Source of the DNA: an uncultured Thermoleophilia bacterium
GTDB taxonomy: Bacteria > Actinomycetota > Thermoleophilia > Gaiellales > Gaiellaceae
Length of the DNA stretch: 64,000 nt
Reading direction: 5' to 3'
Assembly (NCBI GenBank): GCA_963722035.1
Contig: CAVRLG010000001.1
Location: 8,703-72,702 of the forward strand
Shown: positions 37,332 to 47,563 of the stretch, piece by piece
Numbering within the stretch: position 1 is the first letter of the stretch
How the letters are laid out: every line of letters begins with the position of its first letter
The notes under the pieces: model-generated
What the model saw: the letters and a program-made list of their open reading frames with translations, nothing else
Told to the model about the DNA's origin: nothing
Databases searched by the model: none
Program-made: the position numbers and the translations under genes

Positions 37332-38418
37332 AGGAACGCCGCCTTCGTCGCGATCGTGCCGGCGTGGAACGAATCGGGCGCGATCGGAAGGGTCGTCGGC
37401 GAGATACGAGCATTCGATTCCGCGATCGACGTCGTCGTCATCGACGATGCCTCGACCGACGACACCGCGAAGGTCGCGGAGTCGCACGGCGCGACTGTGC
37501 TCAGCCTTCCGTTCAACGTCGGCATCGGCGGTGCGGTGCAGACAGGGTTCCGATACGCGCTGGAGCACGGATACGAGCTCGCCGTCCGTCTCGACGGCGA
37601 TGGACAGCACGACGCATCCGAGATCCCGAAGATCCTCGAGCCGATCGAGGCCGGTGAGGCGGATCTCGTCATCGGCTCGCGTTTCGTCGGCCCCGACGGC
37701 ACCTATCGACCACCATTCGCTCGTCGTGTCGGCATCCGCATCTTCGCTCGTCTCGTGTCGGTTCTCGGCGGCCAGCGCGTGACCGACACGACTTCGGGCT
37801 TCGTCGCGCTCGATCGAGCGGGGAATCGAGCTCTTCGCCGCGCAGTTCCCCCACGACTACCCCGAGGTCGAGGCCACGCTCGTCGCGTTGCGGAGCGGAT
37901 TGCGTGTGGCTCAGGTGCAGGTAGCCATGCGAGAGCGAACGACCGGTACCTCCTCGATTACGTTCGTCCGGTCGCTCTACTACATCGTCAAGGTCATGCT
38001 TGCGTTGCTCGTGGCCAGCCTGCGGCGATATCCGCGTCTCGAAGGGGCACGACGAGTGACTCCGGTTCGAGTCTCGATCGTCGGCGTCGTCGCATCGGTC
38101 CTGCTCATCCTGGTCGTCCTCGAGCTGGTGCGAGGGCGGCGGCTCAAAGAACGTTATGCACTGCTCTGGCTGGCAACCGGGATCGTGCTGCTCGTCCTCT
38201 CGGCTTGGCGCGAGGGTCTGAACACCATTGCGGGCTGGGTCGGTGTGACGAGCTATCCACCTGCCGTGCTCTTCGCTGTCGCAACGCTCTTCATCCTCCT
38301 CGTGCTCCTCCACTACTCGACCGTGCTCTCGAAGCTCACGGACGAGAACGTCGACCTCGCCCAGCGGATCGCCCTGCTCGAGGAGCGCGTCAGCCGCTTG
38401 CGGATACCGGCGGACTGA
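37328..38418 (+). pseudogene. GT2 glycosyltransferase continuous with a DUF2304-like small membrane module; two +1 frameshifts (about 37343 and 37828)
   Basis: ATG 37328 (frame 2) gives MKERR. Frame 0 gives AFVAIVPAWNESGAIGRVV..VVVIDDASTDDT..RLDGDGQHD..SGFVALDRA. Frame 1 gives GIELFAAQFPHDYPEVEATLVALRSGLRVAQVQVAMRERTTGTSSI, followed by LKERYALLWLATGIVLLVLS...LLHYSTVLSKL (DUF2304-like). An internal GTG at 38056 could start a separate DUF2304 gene. Confidence 0.65.
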
Positions 38419-40101
38419 AAGCGAATACGTCACCCTCGTCCGGGTCGTCGACCCAGTTCGTCCCGACGCCGATCCGGTAGGTCGCGCTCGGCGAGGGCGA
38501 TGGGTCGACGAAGGTGGTGTCGCGGGTCGTGCCGATCGCGCGTGCCGGTTACGTAGCAGTACCAGGCCACGTCTCCGGAGAGGTAGCAGGCGGTGTCGGG
38601 CCCCGGCCCCTCGTGGCGGTAGATGCGGTAGAAGACATCCGCTCGCCAGTCGGTCTCGTCGGTCCATGCGAGGCGCGCGGACGCGTCCGCCGGACTCGAC
38701 CCGCAGTCCGATCCCCTCGTCGACGGGCGCGAGAATGTCGCTTCCGAGCCCTCCCGGTGCGCCCTGGAACACGGCCGGCGTCGGGGGCTCGATCGGCGTC
38801 GAGGCGGCGAGCGCCGCGGCCGGGAGCGCCACTGTCAGGATCGCAGCCAGAATGATCCACCGAGGAGCGATCGCAACGCTTCGAGCTGGCTCGAGCCGCT
38901 CCCCGAGCCGACGAGCGAACGTCGGGATCAGCAGCGGAATCGAGGCGAAGAGGAGCAGATACGCAGGCCAGGCGGGCATGAGCAGCCGCCAGAACGTGTT
39001 GGACTGGATGTCTGCGCGAGGTGAGAAGCCTTTGACGACGAGGAACGCGGCGAGCCATCCGCCGAGCAGTGCCGCGATCGCGCCTCGGCGTACGCGGAGG
39101 ACCGCGATGAGTCCGGCTACCGGTGCCCACTGCGCAAGACGCGCGCTCCAGAAGAACTCGCGCAGTTGATCCATCTGCGTTCGCCAGTGGTCGAAGTCGA
39201 GCTCGAAGTAGCGATCGAGGTTGAAGTCGACCGCAAGCAGGCCCGAGCCCATGGCCAGCCGCGCTTGCTCGAGCGCAAAGACGGGGACCTCCCCGAGTCC
39301 GCGGTACTTCCACGCGACCAGGACGAGGAGCGCGGGCACGATCGCGACGGCGCACGCGAGCCCCTCTCGCCACCTGCGCGCGACGACGTAGGCGAGCCCG
39401 ACGCCGAACACAACGAGCAGGTTCGGCGGTTTGAGAGCTCCTGCTGCGCCGAGCAGGACGCCGGCGAACACGGCATCCGTCATGTGGCCGGGCGAGAGTG
39501 AGCGCACGACGTAGAGCACGGCGGCGAGAACGAGCACCGTGGAGGGGAAGTCGGGCATAGCGGTCAGGCCGAGCGCCTGCGGGAGGAACTGCTCGGCCCA
39601 GCGCTCCTGATAGCGGTCGACGAACAGCGGGATCGAGGCAAACGGCGCGGCGACCCAGAGGAACGACGCCCAGTACCCGAGCAGCCGTCCGCCTACTCTC
39701 GTCGCGATCCCGTAGACGCAGAGGAGTGCGATCGGTCCGAGAACGAGCACCTGGAGGAGCACGAGCGGGGGCAGCGCCTGCACGTACGTCGGTCCCGTGA
39801 CCCACATGATCGGTGTCAACAGGTACGAGCCGAGGTAGCCGAGCTCGGTCGGAGCCAGCTCGAGCTGACCGAGCAGCCAGCCCTGTGTCGCGAGCCAGAT
39901 CTGGTCTCCGCCCTGGAAGTAGACCCAGCCGTTGTGCGTCACCGACAACGCCAGCACGACTGTCGCTGCGATCTGCGCGCCGATCAGAGTGCCGAGAACC
40001 GCGCGAGGCCGTTCGAGCAGGCGGTCGATCGTGCGGCCCGTGCCGCGCGCGGCTGTTGCCGCCGCGCTAGCCAAGGAGCCCCGTTCTGGACGAGCGACCA
40101 T
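38390..40101 (-). pseudogene. Large polytopic membrane protein, GT-C-like, with an extracytoplasmic C-terminal beta-rich domain; two +1 frameshifts (about 38685 and 38540)
   Basis: The N-terminal about 470 aa of ORF 37669..40200 is multi-TM (LGTLIGAQIAATVVLALSV...). After VDEGIGLRVESG the sense moves to a second frame (DASARLAWTDETDWRADVFYRIYRHEGPGPDTACYLSGDVAWYCYVTGT). It then moves to a third (AIGTTRDTTFVDPSPSPSATYRIGVGTNWVDDPDEGDVFAFSPPVSASG, stop 38390-38392). Candidate starts 40101, 40152 and 40200 all lie inside repeat copy 3. Confidence 0.6.
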
Positions 40102-40237
40102 GTCGCCAGGCGGCGCTCGGCGTCCCGATGCTTCGTCCTCAGTCGCGCCCATATTCCGATATGGGCACTCCCTGCGTCCTTGCCTCGTGACGCCGAGCAT
40201 CCGCCTTGCGACGGGCGATCATCCCGAACGGGGCTCC
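40075..40237. repeat. Palindromic intergenic element, copy 3 of 3
   Basis: Core 40089..40224. Outer arms GGAGCCCCGTTCTGG / CCGAACGGGGCTCC. Apical hairpin GCGCCCATAT-TCCG-ATATGGGCAC. Confidence 0.85.
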
Positions 40238-41153
40238 ACGACACCGGCTACTGCGGAGCGGTACCAGGCTACGGTGTGCTCGATCCCCTCTCGCAGCGGT
40301 GTTTTCGCCTCGAACCCGAACAGCTCGCGTGCGCGCGTGGCGTCGACGCTTCGGCGTGGCTGCCCACCAGGCTTCTCGGCATCCCACACGATGCTCCCCG
40401 AGAAACCCGTGGCGGCGGCGATCAGCTCGGCCAGCTCGCGGATGGAGATCTCCTTCCCCGCTCCGAGGTTCACCGGCTCGGGAGCGTCGTAACGCTCCGC
40501 GGCCAGGACGAGGCCCTCGACGCAGTCGTCGACGTAGAGGAACTCGCGCGTCGGCGAGCCGTCACCCCAGAGGATCACCTCGTCTCTCGGTCTCGATCAT
40601 CTTCCGGATCAGGGCAGGGATGACGTGCGACGTCTCGAGGTCGAAGTTGTCCCTCGGGCCGTAGAGGTTGGTCGGGAGGAGGAAGATGCTGTTCAGCCCG
40701 TACTGGTCGCGATACGCTTGGGCGCCGACGAGGACCGCCTTCTTCGCGACGCCATAGGGCGCATTGGTCTCCTCCGGGTAGCCGTCCCAGAGGTCGTCCT
40801 CGTTGAACGGAACCTTGGCGAACTTCGGGTATGCGCAGACCGTCCCGGCGATGACGAGCTTTCGGCGTCGAATGCAGCCGTGCCTGCTCGAGCACATGCG
40901 CGCCCATCGTCAGGTTCGCGTACCAGTAGCGGCCGGGATTTGCCCGGTTGGCGCCGATTCCGCCGACCTCCGCGGCGAGGTGGAAGACGAGCTCGGCGTC
41001 GGCGTCCTCGAACATGCGGGCCGCGTCCTCCATGGAGGTGAGGTCGTAGTCCAATCTGCGCGCGACGACGACCTCGTGGCCGTCGCTCTCGAGCCGCTCG
41101 ACCAGATGCGAGCCGAGGAATCCACCACCGCCGGTGACGAGCACGCGGCTCAC
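40219..41153 (-). pseudogene. fcl: GDP-L-fucose synthase (GDP-4-keto-6-deoxymannose 3,5-epimerase/4-reductase), two +1 frameshifts (about 40867 and 40587)
   Basis: Three ORF pieces: 40575..41186 (VLVTGGGGFLGSHL...[35 protein letters not shown]), 40562..40897 ([42 protein letters not shown]...[28 protein letters not shown]) and 40219..40578 ([17 protein letters not shown]...). GTG 41153 overlaps the upstream stop. The stop codon lies in repeat copy 3. Confidence 0.75.
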
Positions 41154-42292
41154 GACGTTGCGAGCGGTGAGCCGGTCGGCAGCCAATCGACGCGTCCCAT
41201 CCAGCGGTCGCGGTTATCGGCGTACCAGCGAATCGTCTGCAGGATGCCGTCCTCCCACGACACCTTCGGCATCCAGCCCGTCTCCTCGGTGAGCTTCTCA
41301 TGGCCAACGCGGAGCGCCATCACCTCGCTGGCCCCCGGCCGATAGCGGGCCGGAGTCGAGACGACCTCGCGGCTGGGCCAGAAGCCGTTCTCCTCGCCGA
41401 TTCGAAGAATGAGATCGACCCAGTGCCGCATCGAGATGTTTGCGCCCTGGCCGTAGACGTAGACATCGCCCGGCGTGCCTTGTGCCGCGACTGTGAGATG
41501 GCCGCGCACGCCGTCCGTGCAGTAGCAGAAGTCCCGCATCGGCTCCAGTTGCCCGAGCTCGATCGTCTCACGCCCGAGCGCTTGGGTGATGATCGTCCCA
41601 GTGACGTAGCGCGGGTTCTGGCGCGGCCCGTAGTTGTTGAACATGCGCGTGACGACACCCGGAACGCCAAACGCGTCGTGGTAGTTCATCGTGAGGAAGT
41701 CGGCTGCCACCTTCGACGTTGCGTAGATCGACTTCGGGTTGATCGGCGAGCGCTCGTGGAGGATCAGCCCGCCCGCGTCGTCGAAGTCGTGGTGATCGGA
41801 GACCGACTCGCGCACGTTGCCGTACTCCTCCGACGTGCCTGCGGTGTCGAACTTCTCGACCTCGAGTCCCTGATCGATCACCGACTGCAGGAGATTGAGC
41901 GTGCCGACTGTATTTGCCATCACGGTCTCGTACGGTCGGTGCCAGGACTCGCCGACGTGTGCCTGCGCGCCGAGATGGAACACGTAGGGCCGGTCGGGCG
42001 CGGTGTCTCTCAGCTCCCGGATCAGATAATCGACCGAGGTCTTGTCGGTCAGATCTGCGAAGTGCACCTTGAGGCGGTTGCGGAGGTGCGCGATGTTGTT
42101 GAGCGCTCCGCTCGAGGTCGCTCGCACGAAGACGTGAACCGTGGCGCCGAGCTCGACGAGCGCCTCGGTGAGATGGGAGCCCATGAAGCCGTCGGCGCCT
42201 GTGACGAGCGCGGTGCGACCTTCGTAGACGTCCCCGAACTCGTGGCGGAGATCGTCCAGCGCGCCGCCTGTCCAGAGAGTGTCGTTCGGCAT
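41150..42292 (-). CDS. SDR-family NDP-sugar 4,6-dehydratase/epimerase (Gmd/RfbB-like), translationally coupled to fcl
   Basis: Intact 380-aa ORF. ALVTGADGFMGSHL, TAGTSEEYGN, YATSKVAADFL (YxxxK), RMFNNYGPRQNPRYV. Confidence 0.8.
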   Translation of the reverse strand: MPNDTLWTGGALDDLRHEFGDVYEGRTALVTGADGFMGSHLTEALVELGATVHVFVRATSSGALNNIAHLRNRLKVHFADLTDKTSVDYLIRELRDTAPDRPYVFHLGAQAHVGESWHRPYETVMANTVGTLNLLQSVIDQGLEVEKFDTAGTSEEYGNVRESVSDHHDFDDAGGLILHERSPINPKSIYATSKVAADFLTMNYHDAFGVPGVVTRMFNNYGPRQNPRYVTGTIITQALGRETIELGQLEPMRDFCYCTDGVRGHLTVAAQGTPGDVYVYGQGANISMRHWVDLILRIGEENGFWPSREVVSTPARYRPGASEVMALRVGHEKLTEETGWMPKVSWEDGILQTIRWYADNRDRWMGRVDWLPTGSPLATS

Positions 42293-42313
42293 GGTGCGTA
42301 CGCTTTCGCGTCG

Positions 42314-43807
42314 GTGGCCAAGCGTACAGACTCGCCCGGCTTGGGCTCGTTGGCGAGTGCTGCGCTGACGGCGGCGTCGACCCTCGTCGTCTCAGCCTTC
42401 GCGGCGATCATCGGGGTCATCATCGCGCGCGAGTTCGGGCGCACCGACGAGACCGACGGGTTCTTCGCCGCGTATGGCCTCTTCATCGTGATCGCCCTCG
42501 CGGCCCAGTCCATCCGCATCGCAGTGCTTCCGGCCCTCAGCCGCGCACGCGACGAACGGCGTCTGGCCGGGAACATCGCGGGCTTTGCGACCGCTCTTGC
42601 GGTCGTCGCGATTCCGCTGTTGCTCGTAGCGGAGTTCGTCGCGGATCCGCTGGCCGGACTTCTCACTGGCAACGGCTCTGACGCCGCGCAGGACGCTTGT
42701 GCAGACGCTCTGCGCTGGATCGTCCCCGCTGCAGTGGCGCATCTCTTTGCCGGACTCGCGGCAAGCGGTCTCGCGGCGCTCGACGACTACGTTACTGCGG
42801 CGTTCGGGTACGCAGCGGGGAGTGCGGCCGGGCTCGTCCTGATCCTCCAGCGCGTCGACGCTGACGGGATCGTGGCCGTGGCCTGGGGCATGGCGCTCAA
42901 TGGCGCGATCGCACTTGTCGTTCCTGTCGCCGTGCTGGCCTGGCGCGCACTGCGATCGAGCATGCCTACGACGGCCGTTCGTCCGGCCGGGCTTCCGCTT
43001 TCGTCTCGGCTCGGCGTATTTGCGGCCGCCGCGGCGCTGCCTATAGCGCTGCAGCTGCTCTATGTCGTGTGTCTGCCGTTCGCAGGTCGTCTGGGGCCCG
43101 GCGCGGTCACGAGCTTCGGTTATGCGTACCTCGCGGCGGCGAGCCTCGTCACCGTGACGGCGTTCTCGATCGGCCTCGTATCGTCCGTCCCGTTGACGCG
43201 CCGAGGGCTCGCGCCAGGGGTCGCGGCTGTCCACGTCGTCTCCGCAGCATGGGTGGCACTCACCGTGATCGGAGCCGCGGTCGGAGCGTTCGCACTCGCC
43301 GGCGGGGGTATCGTCGAGGGCGTTTTGGGCGACGCGTACTCGGGAGACGTCGGCCGTGACGTCGCGCGACTCGTAGTGCTCTTGAGCCCCTGGATGATTG
43401 CCTCGGTCGGCGTGAACGTTGCATTTCCGCTCGCCTTCGTGGCAGAGCGCGTGCGGGCGCTGCCGTGGATCGGTGCGGCCGCACTCGCTCTGCAAGTGGC
43501 TTTCGCGTGGGCTTTCGCGGAGCTCTTCGAGCTCGACGGCCTCGCCATCGCGCTCACCCTCTCGACGTACGTCGTCTTGGTGGCCCTGCTGAGAGAGCTC
43601 GGGGCTCTGTCCGACGGCATACGCGGGATTGCCATAGCAGCCGCAACCATCGCGATCTTCACCGTCGTCGCGTTCCTCCCGGCAGGCATCCTGCTGGGGT
43701 CGCTTGCCGCGGCGAGCGCTGGCCTTGGGGCCTATGTGGCTCTCGTCGTAGTCATGCGCCCGAGGGGCCTCAGAGCATCGTGGTCGTACCTGCGGGCGCT
43801 TCAGTAG
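42314..43807 (+). CDS. MurJ/MviN-family (MOP superfamily) flippase-like membrane protein
   Basis: GTG 42314 is the first in-frame start after the divergent gene. IIAREFGRTDETDGFFAAYGLFIVIALAAQSIRIAVLPALS resembles the MviN N-terminal pattern. About 12-14 TM helices. Confidence 0.72.
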   Translation: MAKRTDSPGLGSLASAALTAASTLVVSAFAAIIGVIIAREFGRTDETDGFFAAYGLFIVIALAAQSIRIAVLPALSRARDERRLAGNIAGFATALAVVAIPLLLVAEFVADPLAGLLTGNGSDAAQDACADALRWIVPAAVAHLFAGLAASGLAALDDYVTAAFGYAAGSAAGLVLILQRVDADGIVAVAWGMALNGAIALVVPVAVLAWRALRSSMPTTAVRPAGLPLSSRLGVFAAAAALPIALQLLYVVCLPFAGRLGPGAVTSFGYAYLAAASLVTVTAFSIGLVSSVPLTRRGLAPGVAAVHVVSAAWVALTVIGAAVGAFALAGGGIVEGVLGDAYSGDVGRDVARLVVLLSPWMIASVGVNVAFPLAFVAERVRALPWIGAAALALQVAFAWAFAELFELDGLAIALTLSTYVVLVALLRELGALSDGIRGIAIAAATIAIFTVVAFLPAGILLGSLAAASAGLGAYVALVVVMRPRGLRASWSYLRALQ

Positions 43808-44862
43808 CGGCCGCCGCGTAGACGGCCTCGTGCTGCCGTGCCGTCTCGTCCCACGTGAACCCGGCTGCGTGCACGAGCCCGCGCTCCGAGAGCTCCTCTC
43901 GTCTCTCGTCGGCCTGGAGGATTCCCGCCGCAATCGCATCGACGTCAGTGGGGTCGAAGAGCACAGCGGCGTCGCCGCACACCTCAGGTATCGCTCCAGC
44001 GTCCGCCGCGGCGACAGGGCAGCCCGAGGCCATGGCTTCCAGCGGAGGCATGCCGAAGCCTTCGTAGAGGCTGGGGTAGACGAGACACGCCGCTCGTCGG
44101 TAGAGCGACGCGAGCTCGGTCGGCGACACGACGCCCAATCGCTCGACTGCCTCAGGCAGTGGGTCTAGACGCTCGAGCCCGCCGCCGGTGAGCAAGAGGC
44201 GAAGCCTCGGCCGTGTCTCGTGGAGTGCAGCAAACGCCTCGAACAGGCGCGTGTGATTCTTGTGGGGCCACGGGCGCGCCGGATAGAGGAGAAATGACTC
44301 GCGCTCCTCGTCGCCGGGCTTGAAGAGCGTGTGATCGATCGCGAGGGGGATCACGTGGACGCGATCGGGCCCAAGCTCGAGCAGCTCGATCGGCGCGCTG
44401 ACGTACGAACTCGCTCGTGACGATGACGGCCGTTGCTGCACGTGCCGCGCGGTCGTAGGCGATTCGGCGAAAAGAGCGTCGCGCGGGACCGAAGAAGTCG
44501 GGCAGATCGCGATGCTGGATGTCGTGCAGCGTGACGACCGTCGGCGCCTTCGTTCGTGGAATGGGAACCGTCAGGGCGTAGTGGACGACGTCGAGGTCGG
44601 CGAGCTTGGCGCTGACTTCACGGGTGCGACGCGCCCGGAACGCCATCGCCGGGATGCGAGACGGACCACGCCGGGCGACGGGTGAGTCCTTGACCTCGAT
44701 GGCCGGCAGGCCTTCCGCAGCGTCCTTCGCATGCGCGGGCACAAAGACGGAGTACTCGAGGGTTCCGATTCGCGTGAGTGCGCGGACGAGCTGGCGCGCG
44801 TATGTCTCGGAGCCACCGAGGTCGTTCGGCGCAAGCGTGAGCAAAGAGATTCCGACGCGCAC
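43770..44862 (-). pseudogene. Glycosyltransferase family 4, one +1 frameshift near 44400
   Basis: ORF 44152..44862 (MRVGISLLTLAPNDLGGSETYARQLV...VVTLHDIQHRD...AVIVTSEFVR) continues in ORF 43770..44441 (SAPIELLELGPDRVHVIPL...YPSLYEGFGMPPLEAMASGCPVAAADAGAIPEV). Confidence 0.72.
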
Positions 44863-44912
44863 CTGTCTCGATCCTACTGGGCGGGTCCTGACGGCCCGGC
44901 TAGAATGCCGCG

Positions 44913-45309
44913 ATGCCCGCTGATGGAGCCGAAAATAGCGAATCTGCAGGGGTTTCGGTCGACGTAGACGAGCTCTTCCGACGGCTCCGCGAGGAGGTTC
45001 GGCGTTCTGGGGCGGACCCGGGTGCCGCGAAGTGGGAGCCAGGAGGAGCGCCGTGCCGTTCGCGCGGAGGCCGAACGCCTGTGGCCGGTGTCCGCTGATC
45101 GCTCACTTCGCCTCCGACCAGGCGTTCGCGGCGGGCTCGGTACTCCCGTCAAGGCAGTTCTTCGGAAGCTGATGCGGTGGTACGTGGAGCCGCTCGCCTA
45201 CGACCAGCGCTCGTTCAACGCGGCGTCACTTCGGTTGGTCGACGATCTCTCCGAGCAGGTCGAACGTCTCCAGGCAGAGGTCGAGGCACTTCGAGCCGAG
45301 CGGTCGTGA
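44913..45309 (+). pseudogene. Small coiled-coil protein of unknown function, one +1 frameshift near 45040
   Basis: ORF 44913..45098 (VDVDELFRRLREEVRRSG...) and ORF 45022..45309 (AVRAEAERLWPVSADRS...LRKLMRWYVEPLAYDQRSFNAASLRLVDDLSEQVERLQAEVEAL) read as one protein if one base is skipped. The downstream gene starts with a GTGA overlap. Confidence 0.5.
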
Positions 45310-46331
45310 ACATCGCCGTCCTGCGGCCGCAGGTGCCCTTTGCGCGGGGCGGAGCGGAGATCTTCACCGACCGGCTCGTCGACGAGTTGCGGGCACGGGG
45401 ACACGAGGCGGATCTCGTCAGCGTTCCATTCAAGTGGTATCCCGGCACGCGTGTGCTCACGCAGGCATTTCTCTGGAGGATGCTCGACCTCGACGAGGCC
45501 GACGGAAAGCGCATCGAAGTCGTCGTCGCCACGAAGTTCCCGTCATACCTCGTGCGGCATCCCGACAAGCGGGTCTGGCTCGTCCACCAGTTCCGTCAGG
45601 CGTACGAGCTCGACGGCACCGAGCTCGGGCAGTTCGGCGACTCACCAGAGGACCGGGCATTGCGTCGGAAGATCCAGGCGCTCGACCGGGTTGCGCTCGG
45701 CGAGGCCACGCGGCTGTTCGCGATCTCGCAGAATGTTGCCAGACGGCTCGAGGCGTCGACCGGACTGCGGGCCGAGGTTCTTCCGCACCCGCCGCAGGCG
45801 CTCCAGTTCCACTGCGACGGATACGGCGACTTCGTCCTCTCGGTGAACCGGCTCGACCGCGCGAAGCGGATAGATCTCCTGCTCGAGGCGGCTGCGCTCG
45901 ACCCGGGGCTCGAGGTCGTCGTCGCCGGCGACGGGCCTGACCGCGAGCGGCTCGAGCGGATCGCTCGCGATCGCGGGCTCGACGGCCGCGCTCGGTTCGC
46001 AGGGCGTGTCTCGGAGGAGGAGCTCGCGGATCTCTACGCCCGCTGCCTGGCCGTCTACTACGCGCCGGTGGACGAGGACTACGGGATGGTGCCGCTCGAG
46101 GCGTTCCTCTCCGAGAAGCCGGTGCTCACGACGACGGATGCAGGCGGCCCGCTCGAGGTCGTCAGCGACGGCAAGACAGGGCTCGTGGTCTCCCCAGAAG
46201 CCGGCGAGCTCGCCCGCGCGACCGGCTGGCTCCGCGAGCACCGCGACGACGCTGCCTCCTTCGGCCGAGCGGGCTACGCGATCGCTGCCGGTGTCACCTG
46301 GGACCGTGCGATCGCCAGGCTTCTCTCGTGA
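45306..46331 (+). CDS. Glycosyltransferase family 4
   Basis: GTG 45306. VVAGDGPDRERLERIA; YYAPVDEDYGMVPLEAFLSEKPVLTTTDAGGPLEVV. Confidence 0.88.
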   Translation: MNIAVLRPQVPFARGGAEIFTDRLVDELRARGHEADLVSVPFKWYPGTRVLTQAFLWRMLDLDEADGKRIEVVVATKFPSYLVRHPDKRVWLVHQFRQAYELDGTELGQFGDSPEDRALRRKIQALDRVALGEATRLFAISQNVARRLEASTGLRAEVLPHPPQALQFHCDGYGDFVLSVNRLDRAKRIDLLLEAAALDPGLEVVVAGDGPDRERLERIARDRGLDGRARFAGRVSEEELADLYARCLAVYYAPVDEDYGMVPLEAFLSEKPVLTTTDAGGPLEVVSDGKTGLVVSPEAGELARATGWLREHRDDAASFGRAGYAIAAGVTWDRAIARLLS

Positions 46332-47563
46332 GGGTTGCCTACTTCAGTCCGATGCCGCCTGAGCAAAGCGGCATCGCCGACTACAGCGCGCTTCTTCTCC
46401 CGGCCCTCGGCGAGCGGCTCGACGTCACAGTCGTGAGGCGTGGGCGCCGGAGGGCTCCCCGGGGAACGGACGTGTCGCTCTACCACGTCGGTAACAACCC
46501 GGATGCACACGCCTGGATCGTCGATGCGCTTCGCAGAGATCCCGGTGTCGTCGTCCTCCACGACTTCGTGCTTCACCACCTCGTCGCGGGGATGACTGTG
46601 GGCCGGCGCGACGGACACGCCTACCTCGACGCGATGGAGCACGAGTACGGTGTCGTCGGCCGCCTGCTCGCGCACGGCGTCCTGGACAAGCGGATACCCC
46701 CTCTCTGGGAATCGCGTCCTGCCGACTTTCCGCTCACGTCCTTCGTCCTCGAGCATGCGACGGGTCTCATCGTCCACTCGCGCACCGTGTTCGACCTCGT
46801 GCGCGCCTCCGGCTTCACAGGGCCAGTGTGGCGAGTGCCGCATCCCGCCTGGCCGGTGCGGCAGGTAGAGCCTGAGCGGGTTGCAGCAGGCCCGGTCATC
46901 GGCTGCTTCGGGGTCGTGAACGCGAGCAAGCGCATTCCCGAGGTCCTGCAGGCTACGGCGGCGGTGCGTGCGGAGCATCCGGACGTGACGCTCCTGCTCG
47001 TGGGACCGACGTCGCCAGGCTTCGACCTCGAGCGCCGGTTGCAGCGGGTCGGGTTGTCGGAAGCGGGCCTCGTGCACGAGGGGTGGGTGGACGAGGCGCG
47101 ACTCTGGGCGCTCATGGCCGGGGCGGACATCACCGTGAACCTGAGGCATCCGACAATGGGCGAGACTTCGGGCAGCGTGATTCGCGCTCTCTCGCTCGGC
47201 AAGCCGCTCGTAGTAAGCGATGTGGGGTGGTTCTCGGAGCTTCCGGACGAGGTAGCGGTCAAGGTTCCGACTGACGGCGACGAGCTGGCAGTTCTGACCG
47301 CGGCTCTCGAGCTGCTCGTGACGCGACCGGACGTGCGGGCGGCCATGGGTGCGGCCGGCGTCGAGCTCGTACGCCGTCAGCACGAGCTGGGCCGCGTCGC
47401 GGAGCTCTACGCGGCTGCTCTCGAAGAGGCCGCGGGTGGCGCCGCCGTCGCCGACGCGGTGCTACGCGATGTGAGCGAAGCAGCGGCGGACGTCGGGATC
47501 TCGGGGGACGCGGCCGAGGCGAGAGAGATCGCCCGCCGCCTCGCCGAGGTCGAGCTTGGATAA
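46328..47563 (+). CDS. Glycosyltransferase family 4
   Basis: Intact 411-aa ORF. MRVAYFSPMPPEQSGIADYS; LRHPTMGETSGSVIRALSLGKPLVVSDVGWFSELP. Confidence 0.85.
   Translation: MRVAYFSPMPPEQSGIADYSALLLPALGERLDVTVVRRGRRRAPRGTDVSLYHVGNNPDAHAWIVDALRRDPGVVVLHDFVLHHLVAGMTVGRRDGHAYLDAMEHEYGVVGRLLAHGVLDKRIPPLWESRPADFPLTSFVLEHATGLIVHSRTVFDLVRASGFTGPVWRVPHPAWPVRQVEPERVAAGPVIGCFGVVNASKRIPEVLQATAAVRAEHPDVTLLLVGPTSPGFDLERRLQRVGLSEAGLVHEGWVDEARLWALMAGADITVNLRHPTMGETSGSVIRALSLGKPLVVSDVGWFSELPDEVAVKVPTDGDELAVLTAALELLVTRPDVRAAMGAAGVELVRRQHELGRVAELYAAALEEAAGGAAVADAVLRDVSEAAADVGISGDAAEAREIARRLAEVELG

Noticed and set aside
37669-38389. C-terminal third of the 843-aa minus-strand ORF 37669..40200
   Set aside because: This part is antisense to the GT2/DUF2304 gene and reads as acidic/Arg-rich noise. 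The real membrane protein leaves this frame near 38685 and ends at 38390 in another frame.
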